Translations under genes and position numbers: made by a program
From: Candidatus Bathyarchaeia archaeon
GTDB lineage: Archaea; Thermoproteota; Bathyarchaeia; Bathyarchaeales; Bathycorpusculaceae
DNA length: 64,000 nt
Reading direction: 5' to 3'
Assembly: GCA_050010755.1 (NCBI GenBank)
Contig: JBEKKK010000001.1
Span: 1,088,001-1,152,000 of the forward strand
Shown here: one piece after another, positions 28,594-37,863 of the stretch
Position numbering within the stretch: position 1 is the stretch's first letter
Layout of the letters: every line of letters starts with the position of its first letter
The notes under the pieces: generated by a model
Told to the model about the DNA's origin: nothing
The model's database searches: none
The model's input: the letters and a program-made list of their open reading frames with translations, nothing else

Positions 28594-29630
28594 TCATTTC
28601 CGTTTTTTGTAGATGTGTATTCCGTCGATTTCGTTTGCTTTGGTGAAACCTTCTTCGATAAGTTTCATATATTCTTCTGCGGTTGTTGCTCCTTTGGTAA
28701 TGTATTCTTCTTCGCCGTTTATTGTGATGCCTCTGATGTAGTGCATGGCTGTTTCTAGTTTTTTGTGTTGAGATGTTTCATTATTGCGATGGGTCTGGTA
28801 ATGAGTAGTAGAGTCTTGCTCCTGAGTAGTTGCGTAGATTTCTCATTGGGATATTTTTAAGCTCTGGTTGTTTGAGCTTGTCGGCTACTCTGTTTCTTGT
28901 TCTTCGCCATGCTTCGCCTATTGTTTTGGGTCTGGAAATGGATAGTTTTCGGGGTTTTTGGCAGGTATTCTCTGAGCATTTCGTTGGTTTTTTGTTTGAG
29001 TTTGTAGGTGGCTGAGCCGTGTCCTTTTGTTCCTGTTATTGTAATGGTTCTTTGTTCTGTGTCTATTTTGCTTCGGGATGTTCTGTGTAGTTCTTCTCCA
29101 TCTGCTCCTGTTTCGGCTAGTATTGTGAATATTGTTGCGTGTTCTTGGTTTGATGCTGAGATTATCTTTGTTACGTTTTCGGTTGTTGGGATTATGGGTG
29201 TTCTTTCTGCTACTTTGTAGAATGGTTTTTGCCATGTGAAGTGGTTTGCTTTGCATAGCCAGTCGAAGGCAAGGCATAGTTTGTTTTTCGTTGCGTTTGC
29301 GAGTGGTCGTCTTGTTTTTTCGTTTGTTGCGGTTGATATGTAGAGTTTGACTGTTTCGGGGTTTTCTAGGTCTGTTTTTCTGCTGAGTTGTTTCAGTATC
29401 TCTTCTATGTTGGTTCTGGTGTTTTCGGCTTTGCCTTCTTTTTGGGGTTCCAGAAGGGTTTTTATTATTAGTCCTTCGTATTTGGTGGATTGTTGGGGTC
29501 GTAGTCTAGCTTGGTCTAGGAAATCAGAGCGCTCCTGCTTTGAGGGTATCCCGAGAGATTTGCGGGTACTCTGGTCTAGGATACCAGCCTGGGGCGTTGG
29601 CAACCTGGGTTCAAATCCCAGCGACCCCAC
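28594..29630 (-). pseudogene. Tyrosine recombinase/integrase pseudogene
   Basis: ETGA..EEL, KGH, RNLRNY, HKKLETAMHY and the C-terminal EE..KLIEEGF..EIDG..IYKKRK tail can be reconstructed across four 1-nt deletions (about 28962, 28923, 28791, 28769). Confidence 0.8.
29495..29629 (+). tRNA. tRNA-Pro(GGG) with a 60-nt non-canonical intron at 24/25 (29522-29581)
   Basis: Spliced form GGGGTCGTAGTCTAGCTTGGTCTAGGA/TACCAGCCTGGGGCGTTGGCAACCTGGGTTCAAATCCCAGCGACCCCA; strict BHB. Confidence 0.88.
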
Positions 29631-29710
29631 ATTTTGAGCAAATTTCCTGAACAAATTCGGAGGCAAACCCTCCGCAAGAAGAGTAGTCAGCATGAAAACT
29701 GGGGGATTAT

Positions 29711-29734
29711 GGTGGCATCCCTTTGGATGCCGCC
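29711..29734. terminator. GC-rich hairpin between convergent units
   Basis: GGTGGCATCC-CTTT-GGATGCCGCC. Confidence 0.35.
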
Positions 29735-29812
29735 AAACGGAACCTGAGAACTTTTACAGGCTAAATTAGAATCCTGGTTTTCTTGGGGCAGTCGCGTGGG
29801 TTCTTAAACTGT

Positions 29813-30940
29813 TCAGGGTCCTACGCCGTAGGTGCCGTAGGGTTGGCCTATCTTAACTCCGAGTCCGCCTGCGTGGAATGTCTGGCCTGTCTGCAGGTTC
29901 TGAAACAGTGGGTCAACCCTGAAGCCTGCGACATCGCCTCCAGTGCTGTTCGTGTACGTTTGCCCGAAGAGCCTGTTCTGTGTGAACACTGTCGAACGTC
30001 CATCGTCTGTGACAACAGTTTGAGAGGTGGGTTGAGGAACTGTGCTGTTGGGGCCATAGGTCATTTGGCTGATGTCGAATTGGATGAGCTTATACTTTGA
30101 GGGATCGTACTGCGGTCTTCCCCATGCGAGCGATACACCTCCAGGGAACCAGTTGGCACTCATGTATGGCATGGGGCTGAATTCTGTAGGTGCGACGCGC
30201 ACTACACCATAATCTTCCAGGTGATACCCCCCATCACCAGTGATGGGATTCAAGGGTGGAAGAAGCGTTGAGGGAGAGCTATCAGTGGGACTCGTGACGA
30301 ACCCCGACCCTAGATTGGATGGCGGCAGTGGGGGCGCCATTCGTTGGGCACCGTGTCGACCTTTTGTCTGAGTTGTCTGACCAACACCTTGAACTTGAGT
30401 CTGAAGTTTCTTCCTTTGGGAAACGCTGTAACGGCGCGCCGCTACACAAGACGCCACAACAAGCACGCCTGCAACAGCAGCAATCGACCAAGAGACGGGG
30501 TCGCCGCCGATGGAACCACCTCCTCCGCCGACGAAGGTTATATCCCAGTTTCCATTCGCGCCGCTTGGCGTAGTCCAAGAGCCGCTACCGGACCCGCCTG
30601 AAATGGTGCCTGAAAAAGTTGCCTGTTCCCCTCCCAGCGGGCTTGGACCATAAAACTCCACGTAGCCACTTGAGTCCACGCTACCGTAGAAGTCGCTCGA
30701 TCCACTCATAGAGACTTGACCATTACTTACAATAAAAACGGCTCCAAGATTCATGGTCGTCCACTGTCCGCTCCAATCATACGTATACGAATAGCTGTAG
30801 GTGCCGTCAAACTGACTCGACGCTTCAACTCGCATGATTGTAACCATTGTCAAACAAATCGCTAAACAAAATGCAAACAAAAGAAATTTGCATTGTCCCT
30901 TTGCTCGAAACATATCTTCTGTTTTTATGGTGATTTTCAT
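29813..30940 (-). CDS. Single-pass membrane protein, hypothetical
   Basis: Signal peptide, Gly/Ser-rich beta domain, TM, Pro-rich linker, cytoplasmic beta domain. Confidence 0.65.
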   Translation of the reverse strand: MKITIKTEDMFRAKGQCKFLLFAFCLAICLTMVTIMRVEASSQFDGTYSYSYTYDWSGQWTTMNLGAVFIVSNGQVSMSGSSDFYGSVDSSGYVEFYGPSPLGGEQATFSGTISGGSGSGSWTTPSGANGNWDITFVGGGGGSIGGDPVSWSIAAVAGVLVVASCVAARRYSVSQRKKLQTQVQGVGQTTQTKGRHGAQRMAPPLPPSNLGSGFVTSPTDSSPSTLLPPLNPITGDGGYHLEDYGVVRVAPTEFSPMPYMSANWFPGGVSLAWGRPQYDPSKYKLIQFDISQMTYGPNSTVPQPTSQTVVTDDGRSTVFTQNRLFGQTYTNSTGGDVAGFRVDPLFQNLQTGQTFHAGGLGVKIGQPYGTYGVGP

Positions 30941-31058
30941 TTAAGACATATGATTTGAGGATTCATTTTCCCAATCTGGACTTTCTTTCAGCAAAACGCT
31001 CCGCGGTTTCTTATAGAAAAACTGATTGTGCTATCAACAGGACCTATGGTACCGACCA

Positions 31059-31580
31059 CTACTCGACAAGTAGCAGTCCGAAGTACGTTGGCTTTTGTTT
31101 TCGCGTTTTCAGGACTTCGATGTGGAATCCGTTTTTTCTAGCAGTGGCATATACGTCTATGCCGGAGGATTCCAAGGAGGGTCTCGCCAACCTCGGATAA
31201 ACACAGTGCTGAAGGTTGCATTTGTCGCACCGTGCGCAGGGCCCAGCGACCAGTCCAAAGGCAGAATGGTATCCAGAAAGGAAAACGTGTCTTTCCAATT
31301 TAGCAATCATGTCATGTATCTCTATAGATTCGTCTGATACCTTCATGAGGATCGCACGGGAATAACCCTTCAGAACTCTTCTCGTCTGTTCCGGCGTTGG
31401 ACTGAAAGGTGGGCAGGTAAGAGATTTACCATAATTCCCGCAGCCGTATTGACATTTAAGCCTAACCCAGTCCTTAACGACAATGTTTTTCGGGTCAATC
31501 CGTTTCGCGTCAACTGCTCCCATTCGGACAGCAAGTTCAGCAAAATGCTTCACATCAACGTCCAAGCGTTTACTGCTCAT
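31059..31580 (-). CDS. DUF2284 metal-binding protein
   Basis: KCQYGC..YGKSLTCPP, GPC..C..C, RPSLESSGIDV. Confidence 0.85.
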   Translation of the reverse strand: MSSKRLDVDVKHFAELAVRMGAVDAKRIDPKNIVVKDWVRLKCQYGCGNYGKSLTCPPFSPTPEQTRRVLKGYSRAILMKVSDESIEIHDMIAKLERHVFLSGYHSAFGLVAGPCARCDKCNLQHCVYPRLARPSLESSGIDVYATARKNGFHIEVLKTRKQKPTYFGLLLVE

Positions 31581-31817
31581 CAGAACTCTCCACCAACTTA
31601 TTCGATCTATTGGATGAGGAAGTGCCGGGAACATTTTAAGTTCACGGTTTTGTCATGAATCGCTTTCGATTCGTCTCACACAGTCCACGTTGTGCGATTC
31701 CCGAATTCGAAAAAGGTTCTCGGTTTTATCTGTCAGTTATGGGTTCGCTGCAGAATGTCAGGATTTTAAATAAGAATTTCAATTTGACAAAACTTTTAGG
31801 GAAAGAGATTTCAAACT

Positions 31818-32441
31818 GTGATGACTCGAATGCGAAGGCATCCTTGCGGTTTTGTCAGCTATTCTCTTCCTCTTGGTCTTACCATAAGGAAAGCGAATGT
31901 CCAGCCGAGTGTTAAGAAGACTCAGTTGATTCTCGCGTTGATCAGCATATTCATCGTGGTGGGACCTCTCGGGGCAACCCTGCTCATCTACCGTAACAAT
32001 CTGAGCGGAGTGTTAACTCCCTCGAACGTTAACAAACTCACCAACCTGCTGTCGAGTCAGGGTGGACCCGAGATGCCCAAAGTAATAGACTCGTGGTGCA
32101 ACCTTACCTCGCGGATGTTTTGTCTACTGTTCAACTTCACCAACCCAACAGCGACCAACTTGATGGTAATCTCGTCATCGGCGAACGTGACGGATCATAG
32201 CGACGGTTATCCTTTGGGGCAGATATCGCTCGCTGACCCCGTCACTGTCGGTGCTAACGAGACGGGTACGTTCCAAATGACCGGAACACTATCTGAGGAA
32301 GCCGCCATGCACGTTGCAACCGCTCACTCTGGCGAGAGCAGTTTTAATGTTGACATTTCCAACGCGAACATCAACTGTTCAGGCATAATGCTGCAGATGA
32401 ACGGAACGAGCACGATTACCAACGTTTCGATACTGAGGTGA
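31818..32441 (+). CDS. Membrane-anchored beta-sandwich protein (start uncertain)
   Basis: N-terminal TM, FNFTNP motif, sequons. Confidence 0.6.
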   Translation: MMTRMRRHPCGFVSYSLPLGLTIRKANVQPSVKKTQLILALISIFIVVGPLGATLLIYRNNLSGVLTPSNVNKLTNLLSSQGGPEMPKVIDSWCNLTSRMFCLLFNFTNPTATNLMVISSSANVTDHSDGYPLGQISLADPVTVGANETGTFQMTGTLSEEAAMHVATAHSGESSFNVDISNANINCSGIMLQMNGTSTITNVSILR

Positions 32442-32445
32442 CAGC

Positions 32446-33120
32446 ATGAAGGGCCTGAACTTGAATATGAAGAACCTACACGCAAAAAATGTGAACTGGT
32501 TCGCTCTCGTCGGGGGTGCCTTGACCCTCGTGTTAGCAGTGTCGTCTTTGTCAGTTCCATGGTGGCAAATCACCGTGGGGCAAACTCTGGTAAGGGTAGG
32601 CCTTTCTCCTGTACACGTGTCAACAAACATCGTGGGCTACGACGTGGCCCTTCCGATAATCGCGGCCATCGGCTGGATGTTCATGGTGATGCTCGTCTCC
32701 GTCGGCATCGTTCTCGTCGTCTACTCGGTAGTCCCTACTAAGCCTTACTCAAAACGCCTGCTAGGCTTCGCTTACAAGAAGCCACTGGGAATCCTAATCA
32801 CATTTATCATACTAATGCTGCTCGTAACGAACGCTGGGACTATGATCGGAACGATGATAATCGGAACGATGCTGAGACCCTCGACCATGTCAGTAGCAGA
32901 CCTGAACGTCCCGTGGTCCGGGGCGAAAACGCTGCAACTACCCACCTCCGTGGCCCAAGGCACGGTACACGGAATCGCCGTCTCCTCAGAGGTAGAGTGG
33001 ACATTCTGGCTTGCAGTAACAGTAGCTGCACTCTGCATAACAGCCAGAGTATACCACAAAAAGCTCGACAGACCCACACCCGCCGAAAACGCCAAGCAAC
33101 CTCCCCAACACGCGGCATAG
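32446..33120 (+). CDS. Multi-pass membrane protein
   Basis: PWW after TM1, four TMs, operonic with the upstream gene. Confidence 0.65.
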   Translation: MKGLNLNMKNLHAKNVNWFALVGGALTLVLAVSSLSVPWWQITVGQTLVRVGLSPVHVSTNIVGYDVALPIIAAIGWMFMVMLVSVGIVLVVYSVVPTKPYSKRLLGFAYKKPLGILITFIILMLLVTNAGTMIGTMIIGTMLRPSTMSVADLNVPWSGAKTLQLPTSVAQGTVHGIAVSSEVEWTFWLAVTVAALCITARVYHKKLDRPTPAENAKQPPQHAA

Positions 33121-33266
33121 CTGGCGCAGACCTGGGTTAATGCTCTTTCTTCAACTCCGCCAAATTATACCATACCAGCCTCAGAGCCCATCTTTAAACA
33201 AAACGTTAATGAACGCTATTTGAGCAAAAATGTGTGAAGGTTACTAGAACTGGAAGGACCACATAT

Positions 33267-33533
33267 ATGCTGTTTAAGGTGATTGAACGTTTCAAAGATG
33301 CAAAAGCAGTTTACCGCAGGGTACGGGAAAGAGGCAGAATGCTGCCAAAAGGACTAAAATACATTGAAAGTTGGACAGAAGCCAACTACAGCCGTTGCTT
33401 TCAACTAATGGAATGCGACGATGCAAGTTTGTTCCATAAATCGGTGATTCAATGGCAAGACTTGGTGAACTTTGAGATCGTTTCAGTCATCGAATCCAAA
33501 CAAGCAGCGAAGCTAATTGAAACAAAAGAATAA
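33267..33533 (+). CDS. DUF3303-like protein
   Basis: VIERF, GRMLP.GL.YI.SW, RCFQLMEC, W.DLV.FEI. Confidence 0.75.
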   Translation: MLFKVIERFKDAKAVYRRVRERGRMLPKGLKYIESWTEANYSRCFQLMECDDASLFHKSVIQWQDLVNFEIVSVIESKQAAKLIETKE

Positions 33534-33570
33534 GGACGTTTTTTGAAAAATTCTGAGACAAACCATTCCA

Positions 33571-34209
33571 CTAAGTCCGGCTGCGTTTTACTTTTTTTAG
33601 AACAACAAGCCTCCCATCCATCACGCCCGCTATTGAGATCAGCGGAAATGGAAAAACTGGGCTGCTTTCGAAGCTCGAAGAGAAATATTTCTCGATTGCT
33701 TCTTCGGTCACTGGATTGAATCGGTCTTGAGCAGCAGATTCAACGCTTGCTCCACGGATGAGCGCACGTCCTTGGAGCTTTAGAACGCGGCAAAGTTCTG
33801 AAGAATACTTTGGTCTATCAACATCCTCAATCACGTGGAATAATCCGCGATCGGTTACGAAATCTACGGTTTCATCCTCGACTGGCAGATCGAGAACATT
33901 TCCAAGGCGCCAATCAACTTCCACACGAGCTTTCTTTGCCCTTCTTTCAGCAATTTTAAGCGCAACAGGGCTGAAGTCTAAGCCTATAACATTGAATCCA
34001 AATTGCGCAAGAAAAATCGCGTCTAAACCGCCTCCACACCCCACATCGAGAATCCTAGAGTTTTTCCTCAATATCCCTGTGGCGACGATAGCGACTAGTT
34101 CAGGCGACGGATAATTCAATTCCCAATGCTCAAACTCCCCGCTCCTGTAAGCTGAATCCCAGTAGTCATTGGCTGTCAAATCAGGAAACCCCTCATCGCG
34201 TAACTCCAA
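33571..34209 (-). CDS. Class I SAM-dependent methyltransferase
   Basis: ILDVGCGGG, GLDFS, DRGLFH. Confidence 0.88.
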   Translation of the reverse strand: MELRDEGFPDLTANDYWDSAYRSGEFEHWELNYPSPELVAIVATGILRKNSRILDVGCGGGLDAIFLAQFGFNVIGLDFSPVALKIAERRAKKARVEVDWRLGNVLDLPVEDETVDFVTDRGLFHVIEDVDRPKYSSELCRVLKLQGRALIRGASVESAAQDRFNPVTEEAIEKYFSSSFESSPVFPFPLISIAGVMDGRLVVLKKVKRSRT

Positions 34210-34282
34210 CCTGGCCGACGATAAAAAGTATTTCTGCGCCTTAACGCGTCGCGGTAATGAGAGTTCGCTTCTTCCGCGTGTT

Positions 34283-35521
34283 TTAGAGCAGGAGAGTCAG
34301 CAAAGCTCCGGTTACTAAGGGGAGAACTAGGTTATCGTTTATCGGCAAGGGTAGAGTTTCAATCAGCATGGCTGCAGCCGCCCCTGATGCTGCGATGAAC
34401 GGGTTCACGAAGAATACCGCTGCCGAGAAGGCGAAAACGAAACCGAAGAGTGAACCCTCCAATGTTTTTCCTTTGTTAAACGCGAGCACGTTCCTTCCAA
34501 ACATTTTTCCAAAGATTGAAGCTGCACTGTCTCCAAACACGAAAATCACGATGGCAGCGTAGCTTGCAGGACGTGGAAACAGAAGGAGAGTGAACAATAT
34601 TCCGAAAGCATAGAATATGGGAGCAGCGCGGAACTCGTATTGTTCTTCCGGTGTCGTCGCGTGGCGAGTTATTGACGAGATAACTGGCAAGTTTCCTCTC
34701 TCCATTATCGTCAACTCGGAAATGACGTAGAACGCAGTCACAAACAGAATAAAGTAAGCAACAGGGTAGATGCCAATCAGGCTTGAAAGAAAAGGTACTG
34801 CGATGCCTGAGGCATGAATGATCTCTCGAACAGCATCATTCTTAGACGGCAATCTATGGGTTTTCGGTTGGCCTTGAATAATCGAAAGGACTTCGAGTGG
34901 ATATCCTGTGACCACGTGATCTGCTTTCATGCGGATTATAAAGTCGGGATTATAGCCTATCTTGAGAATTTCGGGAAGCATTAACGACGCGTTGTTACGG
35001 TCGTCTACGACCACAACACAATCCTTCGGCGTCAAACCCTCGGTTTCCAAGATCCTCTTCAGTATCGTAAGCTTTCCATCATGTTCGATGCTGTCCCCCC
35101 ATATCTCCCCCGTGACAACACCGTCTCTTACCCCTAACTCAAAACCGAAAGCATAATCTGCCCCAAGCGTTGACGCCAAGTCATTAACCACAAAATTCGG
35201 CAGCCCAGAGCTTATCAACGCTGTCTTCCAGCCTGTGCTGTGCAGTTTTTCAAAAACCTCTTTCACGCCGGGCAGCAAGGGAGTCTGTTTGAAAATTTGA
35301 ATAAGCTCATCCTGCGAGAAACCTTTGAAGACTCTGAACACGTGCTTCATCGTAGACTTCAGCGAAATTAGACCCAGCTCGTAGAATACTCCGAACAAGG
35401 CTATGCGTATAAACTGCGAAAAGCGAAGCTTCCTACCTACCTCAAAGAGGAGATAGCGCCTCTTAGGAATCAGCACGCCCTCAACATCGAACACTGCGAG
35501 CCTGCGTCTCTCCATCTTCAC
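34283..35521 (-). CDS. HAD phosphatase (SerB-like) fused to a dolichol/phytol kinase-like domain
   Basis: N-terminal AVFDVEGV and LISSG; C-terminal REIIH, GDSAASIFGK, KGKTLEGS, DNLVLP. Confidence 0.8.
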   Translation of the reverse strand: MKMERRRLAVFDVEGVLIPKRRYLLFEVGRKLRFSQFIRIALFGVFYELGLISLKSTMKHVFRVFKGFSQDELIQIFKQTPLLPGVKEVFEKLHSTGWKTALISSGLPNFVVNDLASTLGADYAFGFELGVRDGVVTGEIWGDSIEHDGKLTILKRILETEGLTPKDCVVVVDDRNNASLMLPEILKIGYNPDFIIRMKADHVVTGYPLEVLSIIQGQPKTHRLPSKNDAVREIIHASGIAVPFLSSLIGIYPVAYFILFVTAFYVISELTIMERGNLPVISSITRHATTPEEQYEFRAAPIFYAFGILFTLLLFPRPASYAAIVIFVFGDSAASIFGKMFGRNVLAFNKGKTLEGSLFGFVFAFSAAVFFVNPFIAASGAAAAMLIETLPLPINDNLVLPLVTGALLTLLL

Positions 35522-35667
35522 AAATCCTACCCGGTTCAGACCGCTGCAACGACAATTGTTCAGTCACTGCCTCAGGATTCTTTTGTAATTCCTTATAACT
35601 TGATTGCGTACGGTTGCGGCAAGAAAAGGTTTATACTGGAAACTACAAGAGGACAAGAAGGGATCAG

Positions 35668-36537
35668 ATGAGTGGCCTTTGGTTCGTCGACGTTGATGGT
35701 GTCAAACTGAATTATCTGGAAAACGGGTCTGGACAACCGGTGATACTGGTTCACGGTATACCCATGGACTATCGAGCGTGGGACGCTCAGGTTAAGGCAT
35801 TGTCAGACACATTTCGAACTATCAGTTATAGTCGAAGATGTTCGTATCCCAATACGAAAAAAGATTTCGAGAACAGTACGATAGAAAATAACGCGAATGA
35901 TCTCGCAGGGCTGATTTCGAAAATCGCTGAGAGTCCAGCCCATTTGGTCGGTCATTCCTATGGGGCATTCGTCGCAGCTTTCTGTGCGTTCAAGCATCCT
36001 GAACTCGTGAAGAGTCTGATCTTGATTGAGCCGTTCGTTCCAACGCTTTTGATCAGAAATTTGAATTCATCTCAGGATAGGCTGGCTCTCCTCTTGAGGA
36101 TGCCTTCGGTTGCGCTGGCAGCGCGGAAGCTGCTTAATGGTTCAACATATCCCGCCCTCAAAGAGCTCGACAGAGGAAACGGTGAAAACGCGCTGAAAAT
36201 CTTCGTCAACGGGTTGCAACAAAAGGAAAATGGTTTCGATGCATTTCCAGAACAGGTTAAGTCGATCATGCTGGACAACAAGGAAACCATCAGAGAGCTT
36301 ACGACCAAGCTTCCAGGCTTCACCCAGAAAGAAGCCGCGATGATCTCTCAACCAGCTTTGTTGATATCCGGAACGAACACTTCTCTGGCTTTGAGCAAGA
36401 TGGCGGAAATACTCTCCAAGAAAATGGTCAAAAGCCAATTAACAAAAGTCAACAATTCGGCCCATTTTCCACAACTAGAAAACCCCCAAGACTGCAACTT
36501 AAGAATAAAGGATTTCCTTTCAAAACAGACTGGCTAA
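35668..36537 (+). CDS. Alpha/beta hydrolase
   Basis: LVHG, GHSYG nucleophile, SAHFP. Confidence 0.9.
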   Translation: MSGLWFVDVDGVKLNYLENGSGQPVILVHGIPMDYRAWDAQVKALSDTFRTISYSRRCSYPNTKKDFENSTIENNANDLAGLISKIAESPAHLVGHSYGAFVAAFCAFKHPELVKSLILIEPFVPTLLIRNLNSSQDRLALLLRMPSVALAARKLLNGSTYPALKELDRGNGENALKIFVNGLQQKENGFDAFPEQVKSIMLDNKETIRELTTKLPGFTQKEAAMISQPALLISGTNTSLALSKMAEILSKKMVKSQLTKVNNSAHFPQLENPQDCNLRIKDFLSKQTG

Positions 36538-36705
36538 ACCAAAACCACACAAGTGTGGTTAGCGCGCGCGCCACCCGACCCGTGAGCTTTTCTCATGGTG
36601 TCTAAGTGCCTTGAAGAGTAATCGGTAGTATTCTGTTCTTTTCATATATGTTAATAACTTTGCTCTTGCCTTGAAAGCGGTGGGCGATTAGAAGAGGCAG
36701 GTCAA

Positions 36706-37767
36706 TTGAAACGAAAAGGAGTGAGCTACGACGTGGGCATCCAATATTACTTCAATTGGCGCCCCATTTTCGATCTAAAGACAGTTCATCGCGAGCTGGA
36801 GATAATCAAAAATGACCTGCATTGTAACTCAGTCAGAATCTGCGGCCTCAGCATCGAGCGCCTTATGATTGTCGCAGAGGACGCCTTGAAACAGGGGCTG
36901 GAGGTGTGGCTTTCTCCCCTGTTGTGGGACAAGAGCCAGAAGGAGACGCTTGATTACATTACCAAAGCGGCGACCGCTGCGGAGAGATTGCAGCATGGAT
37001 GGTCAGATAAGCTCGTGTTCAGCGTGGGTTCGGAGTTAACCCTTTTTATGCAGGGCATAGTGGAGGGCAGAAATCTCCAGAAGCGAGTGAGCAACCCCAG
37101 AGTCTTGTCCAAACTCAAGGCTGGAGAGCACAACAAGCCGCTTAACGAGTTCTTGGCTAGGGCGAATGAGAAGGTGCGCTCAGTTTTTCATGGCAAAGTC
37201 ACGTACGCCTCGCTCGTGTTTGAACTGGTTGACTGGAGCCTCTTCGACTTCGTCGGCGTTGATCACTACCGAAGCAAGCGGATCGAAGACAAGTACGTCG
37301 AACTTCTCAAACCATCTTTCGCACATGACAAGCCAGTTGTGATAACCGAATTCGGCTACGGCACCTGTCAAGAGGGCATCGGCACGGAAGGCTTCCTGAG
37401 TTCAACAGGGCTCGGCGGCGACATCGTTGACCAAAGGTCCCAGTTTCTACATCATTTACCACTCTTGGGTCGATTCGTACGTCCGCACGTCAAAGGAAAT
37501 CATGTTCGCGACGAGGGTTGGCAAGCAAGTCAACTCGTTGACCAGCTCACCGTTCTAGACAGTGCAGGTGTAGATGGCGCTTTCGTATCCCAGTTCGTAT
37601 CGCCCCTTTGGCCCTACGACGATAATCCGAGGTACGACCTCGACATGGCGAGCTCCAGCCTAGTCAAAAGCTTCGGCGACGGAGGGCACGGCACCACCTA
37701 CCCGGACATGCCCTGGGAACCTAAAGAATCGTTCAGAGCCGTCGCGAATTACTATGCCGCACATTAA
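36706..37767 (+). CDS. TIM-barrel glycoside hydrolase-like protein (clan GH-A-like)
   Basis: DLHCNSVRI, SVGSEL, VGVDHY, VITEFG. Confidence 0.7.
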   Translation: MKRKGVSYDVGIQYYFNWRPIFDLKTVHRELEIIKNDLHCNSVRICGLSIERLMIVAEDALKQGLEVWLSPLLWDKSQKETLDYITKAATAAERLQHGWSDKLVFSVGSELTLFMQGIVEGRNLQKRVSNPRVLSKLKAGEHNKPLNEFLARANEKVRSVFHGKVTYASLVFELVDWSLFDFVGVDHYRSKRIEDKYVELLKPSFAHDKPVVITEFGYGTCQEGIGTEGFLSSTGLGGDIVDQRSQFLHHLPLLGRFVRPHVKGNHVRDEGWQASQLVDQLTVLDSAGVDGAFVSQFVSPLWPYDDNPRYDLDMASSSLVKSFGDGGHGTTYPDMPWEPKESFRAVANYYAAH

Positions 37768-37863
37768 ATGACCGCTCTAGCGAACACGACTAAAAAAAAT
37801 GAACAAATAAAGTGGACGACGCCCGGCGCTTCAGTCTTTAAATGTGTTAATCCAGGCGGACTG

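Noticed and set aside
36706-37767. Abortive-infection defence protein
   Set aside because: The sequence shows only GH-A-like TIM-barrel motifs; nothing here supports a defence role.
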